64,000 bases of DNA from contig JBFWWG010000005.1 of assembly GCA_050246315.1 (NCBI GenBank), positions 192,001 through 256,000 on the forward strand, given 5' to 3'. Both the position numbers and the translations under genes were made by a program. The notes beneath the pieces are model-generated. The model was not told where the DNA came from. It worked only from the letters and a program-made list of their open reading frames with translations, and made no database searches. Every line of letters starts with the position of its first letter. Position 1 is the first letter of the stretch. This stretch comes from Nitrospiraceae bacterium (GTDB taxonomy: Bacteria; Nitrospirota; Nitrospiria; Nitrospirales; Nitrospiraceae). This document shows positions 1 through 9,672 of this stretch, piece by piece.

Positions 1-11
1 TCCTCGGACTC

Positions 12-362
12 GTGGTCGTGGCAGGCGTGGTCAGCCTGCTGGCCGGTGGGTCTTGTGCCAACCAGGAGGCCGGAACGACCCCAGCCGATGTCCAAAAGGG
101 CGAAGGGCTCTTCAAAGCGAACTGTTTCCGTTGTCATGGAGAGCGGGGAGCCGGTACCGCTCAGGGGCCGCCGCTCGTCCACAAGATCTACGAGCCGAAT
201 CACCACGCTGACGCAGCGTTTCAGCGAGCGGCCGCCAGCGGGGTTCGGGCGCACCATTGGCAGTTTGGAGATATGCCCAAGATCGACGGCGTGACGCCGC
301 AGGAAGTGGCGGAGATCATCCGATACGTGCGATGGCTGCAACGCCAGGCCGGAATTTATTGA
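12..362 (+). CDS. Monoheme cytochrome c, probable lipoprotein; true start probably upstream of the window
   Basis: CxxCH (CFRCH), hydrophobic N-terminus ending in Cys, distal Met candidate in HHWQFGDMP. Confidence 0.85.
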   Translation: MVVAGVVSLLAGGSCANQEAGTTPADVQKGEGLFKANCFRCHGERGAGTAQGPPLVHKIYEPNHHADAAFQRAAASGVRAHHWQFGDMPKIDGVTPQEVAEIIRYVRWLQRQAGIY

Positions 363-398
363 GTCTGGCCGCGAGAGAACTTCGACCAACCGTCCCGT

Positions 399-428
399 TT
401 GACAGTCTGATTTTCCGATGCGTAAGCT
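399..428 (+). promoter_or_regulatory. Putative sigma70 promoter upstream of the repeat array and SPFH gene
   Basis: TTGACA (399-404), 18-nt spacer, TAAGCT (423-428). Confidence 0.5.
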
Positions 429-458
429 TACAAGGAACGTTACCGCGGGCGATGTGGG

Positions 459-837
459 CCGGCGGCTATTGGGCAGAGGACAAGGAGAGAAGAGGCTTGT
501 GACGCGCCTTCTCCGGCTGCCGCAAACCATGTGGGTGGCAACCGATTCAACCGCAGGTGATGGAGGCAAGCGATGCAGACCCGTTACAGTGTTTTTCTCC
601 GCCCGACATGACCCATGTGATGAGTGGCCGATCCAACGAAGGTTCGTACGGAGAAAGACGAGAGAAATCCTGTGGGGGATGGGCTTCGGCCACCAGGAGC
701 AATCGAAGGGCGGCTGGTTCAACCGAAGGTTGGATTCAATATGAAAAGAGGCCAAGAAACTGTAGGGTTTCTCCGGCGGCGTCAATGGGGAGGGGCTGCG
801 CCCAATGTGCCGCCGGCTCAACCGAAGGTTGGTATGG
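459..837. repeat. Tandem array of four structured repeat units (509-560, 595-646, 681-733, 765-832) plus a half unit (459-479); candidate ncRNA array
   Basis: Each unit is TTCTC-like lead, GC-rich stem, variable interior, complementary stem, then a CAACCGAAGGTTG-like hairpin; hairpins recur at 548, 634, 720, 819. Confidence 0.8.
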
Positions 838-845
838 AGGACCTT

Positions 846-1688
846 ATGCGGAATGGAATGCAGGCCTGTGTCTTGACGTCCGCCATGCTGGGCGTGATGA
901 CCCTCTCCGCGGGCTGCGCCCTCGTGGCGATCGATGCGGGACATGAAGGAGTCATGGTCGAAAAGCCATTCTTCTTCGGACATGGGGGAGTCGATCCCGA
1001 CCCGGTCAAGACAGGCCGCCAGACGGTGGCCATCACGACGCAGGTGATCGATGTGGATGTGCGTCCGATCCAATATTCGGAGCACTTCGACATCATCTCG
1101 TCGGAGAACGCGCCGGTGTCGTTTGACGCCTTCATGATCGCGAATGTGATCGAGGGACGGTCGCCGGATCTCATCAGCCGATTCGGACCGAACTGGTATG
1201 CGAACAACGTGAAGGAGGCCTTTCGTACGATGGTCCGGGAAGAGGTCCAGAAATACCCGCTCTTTCAGTTGACCACTGATCCCACCACCCGGACGAAATT
1301 GCAGGAAGCTATCGCCCAGCAATTGCGCGTGAACTTGCTGGAGAAGCAGAACATCCCGGTTCGTCTCAATCGGGTCGTCGTCGGCAGCATCTTGCCACCC
1401 AAAGGCGTGCTGGAACAGACCGCCCAAACGATCATTCAGGAGCAGCGCCGTATCACGATGATCGAATTCCAGAAAGCCGAAGAGGCCCGGGAGAAGGCCG
1501 AGAAGCAGCGTGGCATCGCAGACCGCGCCTATCGGGAGGCCCTAGGGCTCACCGCGCCGGAATTCGTGGATTTGCGCCGCATCGAAGTCCAGAAGGAGAT
1601 CGTGCAGCATTCGCCGTCGGCCCTGACCGTCATCATGGGATTGGAGCGAATGGGGATCAACCTCCCTCCGTTAGGATCGGAGAAATAA
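846..1688 (+). CDS. SPFH/band 7/prohibitin-family protein, possible lipoprotein
   Basis: GGAGG at 836-840 before ATG 846; hydrophobic N-terminus with LSAGC; SPFH-like core and coiled-coil C-terminal region (KAEEAREKAEKQR). Confidence 0.8.
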   Translation: MRNGMQACVLTSAMLGVMTLSAGCALVAIDAGHEGVMVEKPFFFGHGGVDPDPVKTGRQTVAITTQVIDVDVRPIQYSEHFDIISSENAPVSFDAFMIANVIEGRSPDLISRFGPNWYANNVKEAFRTMVREEVQKYPLFQLTTDPTTRTKLQEAIAQQLRVNLLEKQNIPVRLNRVVVGSILPPKGVLEQTAQTIIQEQRRITMIEFQKAEEAREKAEKQRGIADRAYREALGLTAPEFVDLRRIEVQKEIVQHSPSALTVIMGLERMGINLPPLGSEK

Positions 1689-1863
1689 CGCCGACCTGTT
1701 GTGGCACGGTGGCGAGATCACACAGAGCCGGGTGAGAGGTGGTCTCTCACCCGGCTCTGTGTCCGTATCGAGCGATCGTTGATCTGGCAGGCTGCGGAAC
1801 AACTCTTTTCGACACCTGCAATCGTCACGGACAACGAGGTTTCAGACGACAATGGCCACCCCG

Positions 1864-1995
1864 GCAGAATGTTCAAAAAGGCCGTTCAGCAAGGCTGCAG
1901 CAAGCGAGGAGGCGAGGCGACCTCAGGTCCGTACGTTGAGGCTCTGAGCGATGGGAGAACGCCGCTGGCGGACTTCTTTTTCAGCATCATGTTAG
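1864..1995. repeat. ~130-bp MITE/REP-like intergenic element with imperfect terminal inverted repeats
   Basis: CAGAATGTTCAAAAAG (1865-1880) vs reverse complement of CTTTTTCAGCATCATG (1976-1991), 12/16 match; lies between convergent genes. Confidence 0.65.
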
Positions 1996-2765
1996 GGAGC
2001 CACCCAGACTCGATGGGATGCGGTGTTGAGGGGTTTAGGAATCTTGTGCACGCCGATCTGGCCGGCGTTCATGACATCGTCGCCTCCCTGGGTTCTTCTG
2101 GCCGGAATGCGCGTGGTCGCGAGCAGGACCCCCCTGGCATCAAAAAATTCCACCATCACGTCGGCTTGATCGCGCAACGTCCCTTGATAGGCTGTATTCT
2201 GCCAGTCCAATCGGCGGAGGGCTTGGAAGGTCACCAAGAGATGACCCTCCCGATCGTCCTGCACATCGAGAATTTTGATGATGCGGTTTTGATCGGTCCC
2301 TAGCGCGGCGGTTTCGGTGCTTCCCCGAGTGCCGGCCAGCACGATGCGGGCGACCTCCTCGGAGTCCAACCAGCCGGACACCTTACAGGACACTGTTGCT
2401 CCCTTTTCGGTCTGCTCGAGGATCCGAGAATCCTTTAGAGAGTCTTTCACAACCTGGTCAAGGATCTGTCGGTCCAAGGCTGAGTCCACCAGCGAGGCCG
2501 TCGCCTCCCGATAAACCGACGAGGCACTCACTGCCATCCGTGCGGCCTCACGGCAGGCCAAAGCCTTGGCGTCGGCCGGGGTCTCGGGAGCATGAAAGGT
2601 ATAACGGTAATCCCCGGTGACCTCGATCTTGGTGGCCTCGGCAGTCTGAGGCAGCCCGGAGAGGACGACCATCGTGAACAGACCCATGACCGAATAGGCA
2701 CCGGGTGATCGTCGGGGCTTGTTCATGGGAGCCTCCAAGGCTGGGACCATCATGGAACGTTGCAC
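1992..2765 (-). CDS. Hypothetical exported protein (start may be at a later Met)
   Basis: 257-aa ORF with signal-peptide-like segment ending AEA. Confidence 0.65.
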   Translation of the reverse strand: MQRSMMVPALEAPMNKPRRSPGAYSVMGLFTMVVLSGLPQTAEATKIEVTGDYRYTFHAPETPADAKALACREAARMAVSASSVYREATASLVDSALDRQILDQVVKDSLKDSRILEQTEKGATVSCKVSGWLDSEEVARIVLAGTRGSTETAALGTDQNRIIKILDVQDDREGHLLVTFQALRRLDWQNTAYQGTLRDQADVMVEFFDARGVLLATTRIPARRTQGGDDVMNAGQIGVHKIPKPLNTASHRVWVAP

Positions 2766-2837
2766 AGTGCCGCCGCCATCGGGGTTATCTTACCAACCGC
2801 ATGCTCGCCGAGCAATTGCCGCCTTGGTCCCGCGAAG

Positions 2838-3794
2838 TCAGGATTTCAAGAGGGCGACAAGCTGCTGGATCGTCATTGGGGCGTTGCCCTCTGCGCGATT
2901 GTTGACCAATACATAGACCGACCGGTGCTCGGACTGCGCCTGCCGGATCAGGGCCACGGTGTCCTGCCTCATCCGCGGCTGAGGCAGAACCAGACGATTG
3001 TACGGAGCGAACCGCTCGACCGCCTCCGCGTAGGCCAGGCCCAAGGGGGTCAAGAGTCTGGCAACGGTGAACGGGGCAGAGAACCGGCTGCCGAGCGACC
3101 GATGTTGCGCCGCGAGGTCCGGCATGAGCGACCAATGGTTGTACACATGGGCGATGCCGTGGGCTGCAAGTAAATCCCGGTAGCGCGGGCCAAGGATGGC
3201 CGGATTGCGGACTTCGATCGCATATCGAGAACCTTGTGGAATATGAGCGAGAAAGGGTTCAAGTCGGTCCAGAAACTCGTCGACCGTCAGCCCCGTCCGT
3301 TGGAATTCGAGCAGAAAGACCCCTAGATTCGTCCCCAGTCCCTGCTGGGCTGGCTGATAGACCACATCTCGAAAGATCTCGGCATCGAGGAATCGAGAGT
3401 TTCGAGTTCCGGCCTTGGTCCCGTAACGGGGAAGTCGCGCAAAAGTCGGGATCGTCAGTTCCTCCCATACCTTGAGGCAAAAGCGAAAGGTTGGTGGAAC
3501 CTGAGCGGCATAGGATGCCAATTGGGAAGACGTAGCCGGACGATAAAAGGTATGATCGATCCCGACGGTGTCGAACAGAGGCTTCCCTTCATGCGGGAAG
3601 GCAGCATATTCGGACAGACAGTCTCGACTGAAACGGCTCTTGGCATAATGCCGATGGTAGATCAGCCCCTGCCATCCTTGATAGGCCCAAGAGCTAGTTC
3701 CGAAACGAAGCGGAGCATCGGGAACATCGGAGGGAGCGACCACATCCTGCTTGTCGAGATCAGCGTTCGCCGGCAGTTCCATTGGGGTCGTCAT
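2838..3794 (-). CDS. DUF72 (YecE-like) family protein
   Basis: GTSSWAYQGW, TVGIDHTFY, FCLKV, YAIEVRN and VLVNNRAEG motifs typical of DUF72. Confidence 0.9.
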   Translation of the reverse strand: MTTPMELPANADLDKQDVVAPSDVPDAPLRFGTSSWAYQGWQGLIYHRHYAKSRFSRDCLSEYAAFPHEGKPLFDTVGIDHTFYRPATSSQLASYAAQVPPTFRFCLKVWEELTIPTFARLPRYGTKAGTRNSRFLDAEIFRDVVYQPAQQGLGTNLGVFLLEFQRTGLTVDEFLDRLEPFLAHIPQGSRYAIEVRNPAILGPRYRDLLAAHGIAHVYNHWSLMPDLAAQHRSLGSRFSAPFTVARLLTPLGLAYAEAVERFAPYNRLVLPQPRMRQDTVALIRQAQSEHRSVYVLVNNRAEGNAPMTIQQLVALLKS

Positions 3795-3931
3795 CGCCGG
3801 AATGCTTATCGGTGACCAGGAGGGACTGACCTCACATCGTTATGCCGGCGCCCGATTGTACTGCTGTCCGGGCGGTGCCGTCATCTTGACTTGACAGGCG
3901 GGTGTTCATCTCGCAGACTTCTACAGATTCC

Positions 3932-6253
3932 ATGGCCGACCATCACGAACCCGATCGTCTCCCTCAACTGCTCCACCATTACGGCATCGCCGACCACTAC
4001 TACGATGTCTGGGGGCGGCGTCACGTCGTCTCCGAGAAAACAAAGCTGGCCGTGCTGGAGGCCATGGGCGTCCAGGTCGGGTCTACAGAGAAGCTTGTCC
4101 AATCCTGGGAGGCGGTGCAGCGTGGGTCCTGGCGGCAGATCTGTGATCCTGTGTTCATCGTTCGGGCCGGCCAATCGTCATTTTCCTGTGCGGTGCGGGT
4201 ACCTTCACAGGAGAGCCAAGACCATGGCTGGACCCTTGCCTGGTCCCTCCGCAACGAATCGGGGCAGACGGTCGCGGGCGACAGCGTCGGTCCGAGCTTG
4301 GTCCCATCCGATTCAAGATGCGTCCAAGAAACCCGTCATATCCGGTTCCATCTCGACATCCCCTCCGACTTTCCGCTTGGCTACTATGATTTGGTGATTG
4401 GCGCGACCGTCGGCTCCACCAATATCCAAGGACACGCTCTTCTCATTATTACTCCTATGACTTGCTTTGCGTCCGAGGCCTTTCGAGATGGTGGACGAGT
4501 CTGGGGACTGTGGACGCAGGTCTACGCGCTCCGTTCGCAGCGCAATTGGGGTATCGGAGACTTTACGGATCTCGAGGTCCTGGTTCGTTGGGCGGCGGCC
4601 GATCTCGGCGCCGAGGTGATCGGGGTCAATCCGCTGCATGCTCTCAAGAACCGGCGTCCTCACCACATCAGCCCGTATTCACCGAACAGCAGGGTTTACC
4701 TCAATGAACTCTATGTTGATCTGGAGCGGGTGCCAGAATTCGCAGCAAGCCCAGGTGCGCAGCGGTTGGTGGCCACCGACGAATATCGGTCCCGCATCGA
4801 GGCCTGTCGAAAATCCGACTGGGTAGACTACGAAGGAGTGCAGGTCGCGAAATGGGCCGTGTTCGAGCAGCTTTTTCAAACATTCGAAACCATGCATTTT
4901 ACCGAGACAGACCAAGGCCGTCAGGCCTCTACCGGCCGCGGCCAATCATTCGAACGGTATTGCCGGGAGCAGGGTGATTCGTTGGAGCGCTATGCGACCT
5001 TTATCGCCTTGTCCGAGCATTTTCAACGGTCGTCGCCTCCGATATGGGTCTGGCGCGCGTGGCCCGCTGAGTACCAGCATCCCGACAACGAAGCGGTGCG
5101 GGACTTTGCCGGACGTCATCGGGATCGAATCCGGTTGCATCAATACATGCAATGGGTGGCCGAGGAGCAGTTGGCCGAGATCGCTCGGCTTACGGCGGAT
5201 CTCGGAATGCCGGTCGGACTGTACCATGATCTGGCGTTGGGGAACGACCCGAGCGGGGCTGAAGGCTGGCTGCTTCAGGATGTGCTGGCCATGGAAGCTG
5301 ACTGTGGCTGTCCGCCGGACGCCTTTGCCATGCAGGGGCAGAATTGGGGGTTTCCCCCGTTCAACCCAGTGGCTCTACGCGAACAGGCGTATCGCCCCTT
5401 TATCCGGTTGGTGAGGCAAAATCTCTCCCGCGGCGGTGCGTTGCGGATCGACCATGTCATGGGCCTGTTTCGCCTGTTCTGGATCCCCCGCGGCCAGCCG
5501 GCGTCGGCCGGAACCTATGTACACTATCCATTCGACGATTTGCTCGGCATCCTGGCACTGGAGAGCGTCAGGGCGAAAACCGTGGTGGTCGGCGAGGATC
5601 TCGGGACCGTGCCGGACTGGGTTCGCGAAAAACTCGAGGCCGCGAACATTCTCTCCTATCGAGTCTTTTATTTCGAGCGGGAGGCCGACGGATCGTGGAA
5701 ACAGCCCGGCGACTATCCGGTTCGATCCTTGGCGGTCACGACGACGCACGATCTGCCGACGTGGCTGGGATTTTGGACCGGGGAAGATCTGCAGATGCGG
5801 GCGAAGCTCGGGTTGTTTCCGACGGAAGAGGCAAAACGACAGGCATGGGTAGAACGGGAGCGGGACAAGACAAGAATAGTGGAGGCTCTGGTTCGCGCCT
5901 CGCTGCTTTCTGGACCGCTGGATCGCGGCGAGGTGTCTCTCGCGCATCAGGCTGAGAGCCTGTTGGAGCCGGTCCATCGATTCCTTGCTCGCTCATCGTC
6001 CTGTCTGGCGCTGGCCAGTCTTGATGATTGGTTGAGGGAATCGTCGCAGGTGAACATGCCGGGGACGGTCGACCAGTACCCCAACTGGTCGCGGAAACAT
6101 TCTATTCCCCTTGAAACTATGAAGGATGAACACGACGATCACCAGGTGCGAGGACTCGCGCGGGTCATGCGGGAGGAGCGGCCTCCTCGTCGCCCTCCTG
6201 ATGCGGAGACGGCGACCGGGAGTGAGTCGTCACCAAGGCCTCCGATACCATGA
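3932..6253 (+). CDS. malQ: 4-alpha-glucanotransferase (amylomaltase, GH77)
   Basis: WGIGDF, SPYSPNSR, LYHDLALG, GQNWGFPP, LRIDHVMG, GEDLG, TTHDLPT, NMPGT..YPNW. Confidence 0.97.
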   Translation: MADHHEPDRLPQLLHHYGIADHYYDVWGRRHVVSEKTKLAVLEAMGVQVGSTEKLVQSWEAVQRGSWRQICDPVFIVRAGQSSFSCAVRVPSQESQDHGWTLAWSLRNESGQTVAGDSVGPSLVPSDSRCVQETRHIRFHLDIPSDFPLGYYDLVIGATVGSTNIQGHALLIITPMTCFASEAFRDGGRVWGLWTQVYALRSQRNWGIGDFTDLEVLVRWAAADLGAEVIGVNPLHALKNRRPHHISPYSPNSRVYLNELYVDLERVPEFAASPGAQRLVATDEYRSRIEACRKSDWVDYEGVQVAKWAVFEQLFQTFETMHFTETDQGRQASTGRGQSFERYCREQGDSLERYATFIALSEHFQRSSPPIWVWRAWPAEYQHPDNEAVRDFAGRHRDRIRLHQYMQWVAEEQLAEIARLTADLGMPVGLYHDLALGNDPSGAEGWLLQDVLAMEADCGCPPDAFAMQGQNWGFPPFNPVALREQAYRPFIRLVRQNLSRGGALRIDHVMGLFRLFWIPRGQPASAGTYVHYPFDDLLGILALESVRAKTVVVGEDLGTVPDWVREKLEAANILSYRVFYFEREADGSWKQPGDYPVRSLAVTTTHDLPTWLGFWTGEDLQMRAKLGLFPTEEAKRQAWVERERDKTRIVEALVRASLLSGPLDRGEVSLAHQAESLLEPVHRFLARSSSCLALASLDDWLRESSQVNMPGTVDQYPNWSRKHSIPLETMKDEHDDHQVRGLARVMREERPPRRPPDAETATGSESSPRPPIP

Positions 6254-7401
6254 CCAACCGCAATCGAATCGTTCTGGTTATTGCGGCCCTGCTGTTCGTA
6301 GCGGTGGTGGTAGTTGAGACAGTCCTGCCAGCCAATGTCGTCGGGGCCTATGCGTTTGTACTCCCCATCCTGCTGGTCGCTTCTACCCGTAACCGGAAAC
6401 TGCTCTACCTCACCTTGGTCTTCTGCATGCTTGCTACCTACATCGGGCTGATGCGGCCTGCCAAGCCTGGCCGATTCGTGTCCGCGGTCATCAACCGGAC
6501 ATTGGTGGTGTGCGTGCTCGGAGGGGTGGCCTATCTGGGGCTGACCTGGGAAGAACGGAAGGCCAGAGAAGAAGCGGCCAGGGCAGCCTTGGGCCTCCAA
6601 ACCGAAAATCTCCTCAAGGCCCATGCCCAGTTAGCCGAGGTGAAGGACGCCTTGAATCGCGCGGAGCGCTTGGCGGCCGTCGGGCAGCTCGTGGCTTCTG
6701 TGGCGCATGAAGTCGGGACGCCGCTCCATTCCATCGCCTGGCATGTGCGCGCGCTGCGTGAGGAAGTCGCGTTGACGCCCGATATCGCCAAGCGCATCGA
6801 TACGGTCGAGTCGCAAATCAATCGGGTGGTCCTCATCATCCAGGACCTGCTGAGCACGACCAGGCAGCGCCAGCCTAATCCGGCCTGGACCGGGGCGCGC
6901 GAACTGCTCCATTCGGTTGCGATGCTCATGGAGCCCACGTATGTGACCAAGGGGGTAAAGTTGTCGGTGATCTGTAAGCCCGAGAGCTTGATTCTCTGGG
7001 CCGATCCGAAGCAAATGCAACAGGTCTTAGTCAATCTCCTGTCCAACGCCCTGGCGGCGACGCCGTCGGGCGGTGAGGTGCTATTGGCCGCGGAACGGCA
7101 CCCTGTCGATCCGAATGAAGCGGAGGAGTGGCAGCGGATTCGAGAAGAGGTGCCAGGAAGCGTGGCCCTCCTGTCGGTGGACGACAGCGGGTGCGGGATG
7201 CCACCCGAACATGTCAGGCAAACCGCCGAGCCGTTCTTTACGACCAAGGAGATCGGAAAGGGCAGCGGCCTCGGCCTGTTTCTGAGCCGAGAAATCGTTA
7301 AGGCGCATGGGGGCAGACTGTCGATCCACAGTGAGGTCGGCAAAGGCACCAAGGTAGTGATCGCGCTGCCCATGGATGACCGAGCCGATCGGGCTGCGTA
7401 G
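6250..7401 (+). CDS. Membrane sensor histidine kinase
   Basis: N-terminal TM helices; H-box AHEVGTPL, N-box NLLSNA, DDSGCG, FFTTK, GSGLGL; ATGA overlap with malQ. Confidence 0.95.
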   Translation: MTNRNRIVLVIAALLFVAVVVVETVLPANVVGAYAFVLPILLVASTRNRKLLYLTLVFCMLATYIGLMRPAKPGRFVSAVINRTLVVCVLGGVAYLGLTWEERKAREEAARAALGLQTENLLKAHAQLAEVKDALNRAERLAAVGQLVASVAHEVGTPLHSIAWHVRALREEVALTPDIAKRIDTVESQINRVVLIIQDLLSTTRQRQPNPAWTGARELLHSVAMLMEPTYVTKGVKLSVICKPESLILWADPKQMQQVLVNLLSNALAATPSGGEVLLAAERHPVDPNEAEEWQRIREEVPGSVALLSVDDSGCGMPPEHVRQTAEPFFTTKEIGKGSGLGLFLSREIVKAHGGRLSIHSEVGKGTKVVIALPMDDRADRAA

Positions 7402-7410
7402 GTACGCATC

Positions 7411-8838
7411 ATGCCATCCAAGGCCAAAATTCTGGTGGTCGATGACGACGAGGTCGCCCGCGAGCTGCTGGTGGAGGCGCTCCAGAAGGAAGGCTACGAC
7501 GTCGAGAGTTTCGGGAACGGACTGGACGCGATCGGACGAGGCCAGCAGATTCCGGTCGACCTCGTGCTGACGGACATCCGGATGGGAGCGGTAGACGGCT
7601 ATCATGTACTCCGCGAGTTCAAACGCCTCAGGCCGGGCACGCCCATCGTGCTGCTCACGGCTTTCGGTTCGTTGGAAGGAGCGATAGAAGCAATCAAACA
7701 GGGTGCGTATGACTATCTGGCGAAGCCCTTCCGCAAGGAAGAGGTCTGCTTGGTTGTTCAGCGCAGCCTCGATCACGCGAGGTTATTGAGGGAAAACAGC
7801 CGATTCCGCGAGGAACTGCGGGAACGGGCGGTGCTGACCGGGCTTGTAGGGAGCAGTCCGGCCATGTTGGAGGTCTACAAGCTCGTGGCGCGTGTGGCGC
7901 AGGGAAAGAGCACCGTGCTACTGGAGGGCGAGAGCGGTACCGGCAAGGAACTCGTGGCGCGGGCCATCCATGGGAACAGCCCCCGACATGGGATGCCGTT
8001 TGTGCCGGTCAACTGTGGAGCGCTGCCCGACACGTTGTTGGAATCCGAAATGTTCGGTCATGAGAAGGGCGCATTTACCGGTGCCGTCGGCGTCAAGCAT
8101 GGGCTGTTCGAAACCGCGGACGGAGGCAGTTTATTTCTGGACGAGATCGGAGAATTGGGCCAAGCGTTGCAGGTGAAACTGCTCCGCGTGATGCAGGATC
8201 AGGAAATCCGCCGGGTGGGAAGCACCAGTTCAATCAAGGTGGACGTGAGGTTGATCGCCGCGACGAATCGCGATCTGCCGACCATGGTCGCAGAGGGGAG
8301 GTTTCGGGAAGACCTCTTCTATCGCCTCAACGTTGTGCGGATCAAGCTGCCGCCGCTTCGAGAACGGCGCGAGGACCTGGCGATGTTGGCCCACCATTTT
8401 TTGCAGAAGTATACGGGGACGCCCGACCATCCGGTGCGTGGGTTCGCCAGGGAATCCCTCCTGTTGCTCGACCAATACTCGTGGCCGGGCAACGTGAGGG
8501 AATTGGAAAACGCTGTCGAGCGGGCTGTGTCCTTGAGCCACGGTCCGGTAGTTTTGCCGGAAGATCTCCCGGAATCCGTCCGGCGCAAGCCGCCCGCTGC
8601 AATGTCGTCTGCGGGATCCGCGACAGAAAAGGAAGACCGCTCGGAATCGCTGTTAACGCTCGATGAAGTGGAACGGCGACATTTGCTGCGCGTGCTGAAA
8701 GAAATGAAAGGCAACAAGGTGAAGACGGCGAAAATTCTTGGGATCGATCGTCGGACGCTCTACCGCATGGCCGAGCGTTTCGGCATCGAGTTGGGGGAGG
8801 ACGGCGAGGGGACCGGAGAGTTCCCTACAAGAGCTTGA
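7411..8838 (+). CDS. Sigma54-dependent NtrC/AtoC-family response regulator
   Basis: Receiver domain (VVDDD, DIRM, KPF), [25 protein letters not shown]-terminal Fis-type HTH. Confidence 0.96.
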   Translation: MPSKAKILVVDDDEVARELLVEALQKEGYDVESFGNGLDAIGRGQQIPVDLVLTDIRMGAVDGYHVLREFKRLRPGTPIVLLTAFGSLEGAIEAIKQGAYDYLAKPFRKEEVCLVVQRSLDHARLLRENSRFREELRERAVLTGLVGSSPAMLEVYKLVARVAQGKSTVLLEGESGTGKELVARAIHGNSPRHGMPFVPVNCGALPDTLLESEMFGHEKGAFTGAVGVKHGLFETADGGSLFLDEIGELGQALQVKLLRVMQDQEIRRVGSTSSIKVDVRLIAATNRDLPTMVAEGRFREDLFYRLNVVRIKLPPLRERREDLAMLAHHFLQKYTGTPDHPVRGFARESLLLLDQYSWPGNVRELENAVERAVSLSHGPVVLPEDLPESVRRKPPAAMSSAGSATEKEDRSESLLTLDEVERRHLLRVLKEMKGNKVKTAKILGIDRRTLYRMAERFGIELGEDGEGTGEFPTRA

Positions 8839-9298
8839 GCTCGTATCTGATCAGACGGAGATAGTGTTCGGCGCTCTGTTGGAGCGGCGGCTCTGAAGGA
8901 GTCCAGCTTCCCGCGAGCGATCCCTTGCTCTCATGGATCACCGTCAATACGAGTTTGGTGGAGTGATCGCCCTCTCCGTTCAGATCGGCCTCGGCCTGAG
9001 TGCGGCCCACTCCGAAGCGAACGCGTAACATCCAATCCCATGGGGCGCGAATTTCCTCTCGATAGCCGGTTCGAATCAATTCGGATCGGTTCTCGGACCT
9101 GCTCTGGGAGGATTCGACCGTATAGCCCTGGGAAGCGAAGACATTCAGCACTGCGTCCCGGACCTGTTCCACTGGAGCCTCGAACCGGGCTTCTACTGAG
9201 TCGGCCGGCTGGGTTCCGGAAGGCGAGGCACACCCGTAGGAGAGCGCGATAGCCACGATCCAGGCCCACTGGAGTTGACGACACGACAAGGACGTCAT
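8825..9298 (-). CDS. Hypothetical lipoprotein
   Basis: Lipobox-like SYGC after hydrophobic stretch; 157 aa. Confidence 0.7.
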   Translation of the reverse strand: MTSLSCRQLQWAWIVAIALSYGCASPSGTQPADSVEARFEAPVEQVRDAVLNVFASQGYTVESSQSRSENRSELIRTGYREEIRAPWDWMLRVRFGVGRTQAEADLNGEGDHSTKLVLTVIHESKGSLAGSWTPSEPPLQQSAEHYLRLIRYELKLL

Positions 9299-9305
9299 GT
9301 TCGGA

Positions 9306-9548
9306 TTAACTCGCCAAACGGTGAACCAGATGCGTCTGGGTTTGAGTCACGCCTTCGATGGCGTGAATCTTCTGCAACACCAGCGAGGTCAGTGCGTCCT
9401 GATCGGGCACCTCCACGAGCGCAATAATATCGGGCTTGCCCCAGCAGGTATCAATCGTTTTCATCTCTTTGATTTGGGAAAGAAATTTCACCACAACCCG
9501 GGTTTGTCCTGGAGCCACGTTGATTAGAATGTAAGCACGGTCGGCCAT
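9306..9548 (-). CDS. Stand-alone Lrp/AsnC ligand-binding (RAM) domain protein
   Basis: AYILINV.PG..., GKPDIIALVE, KIHAIEGVTQTQTHLV pattern; no HTH. Confidence 0.85.
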   Translation of the reverse strand: MADRAYILINVAPGQTRVVVKFLSQIKEMKTIDTCWGKPDIIALVEVPDQDALTSLVLQKIHAIEGVTQTQTHLVHRLAS

Positions 9549-9672
9549 TTTGCTACTCCGCAGAGAGGATGAGCACCATGCAGCGCGAGGACACTAACGG
9601 ATCGTGATCGATGAAGTCAACGTGGCAGCGGGTAAAAACGACGAACGAGTGCCAGCCGATCCCGGCAGTCAT

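Noticed and set aside
459..837. CRISPR array interpretation of the repeat units
   Set aside because: Repeats are too degenerate, conserved parts are split around variable interiors, spacing is 86-99 nt, and no cas genes are in the window
624..845. 74-aa N-terminal extension of the SPFH ORF in the ORF track
   Set aside because: It runs through the repeat array; a strong GGAGG and a signal-like sequence support the start at 846
1701..1717. TGGCAC as a sigma54 -24 box
   Set aside because: No TTGC -12 element at the required spacing and no credible downstream gene
1701..2303. 200-aa + strand ORF
   Set aside because: Spans the MITE-like element and is antisense to the better-supported 1992-2765 gene
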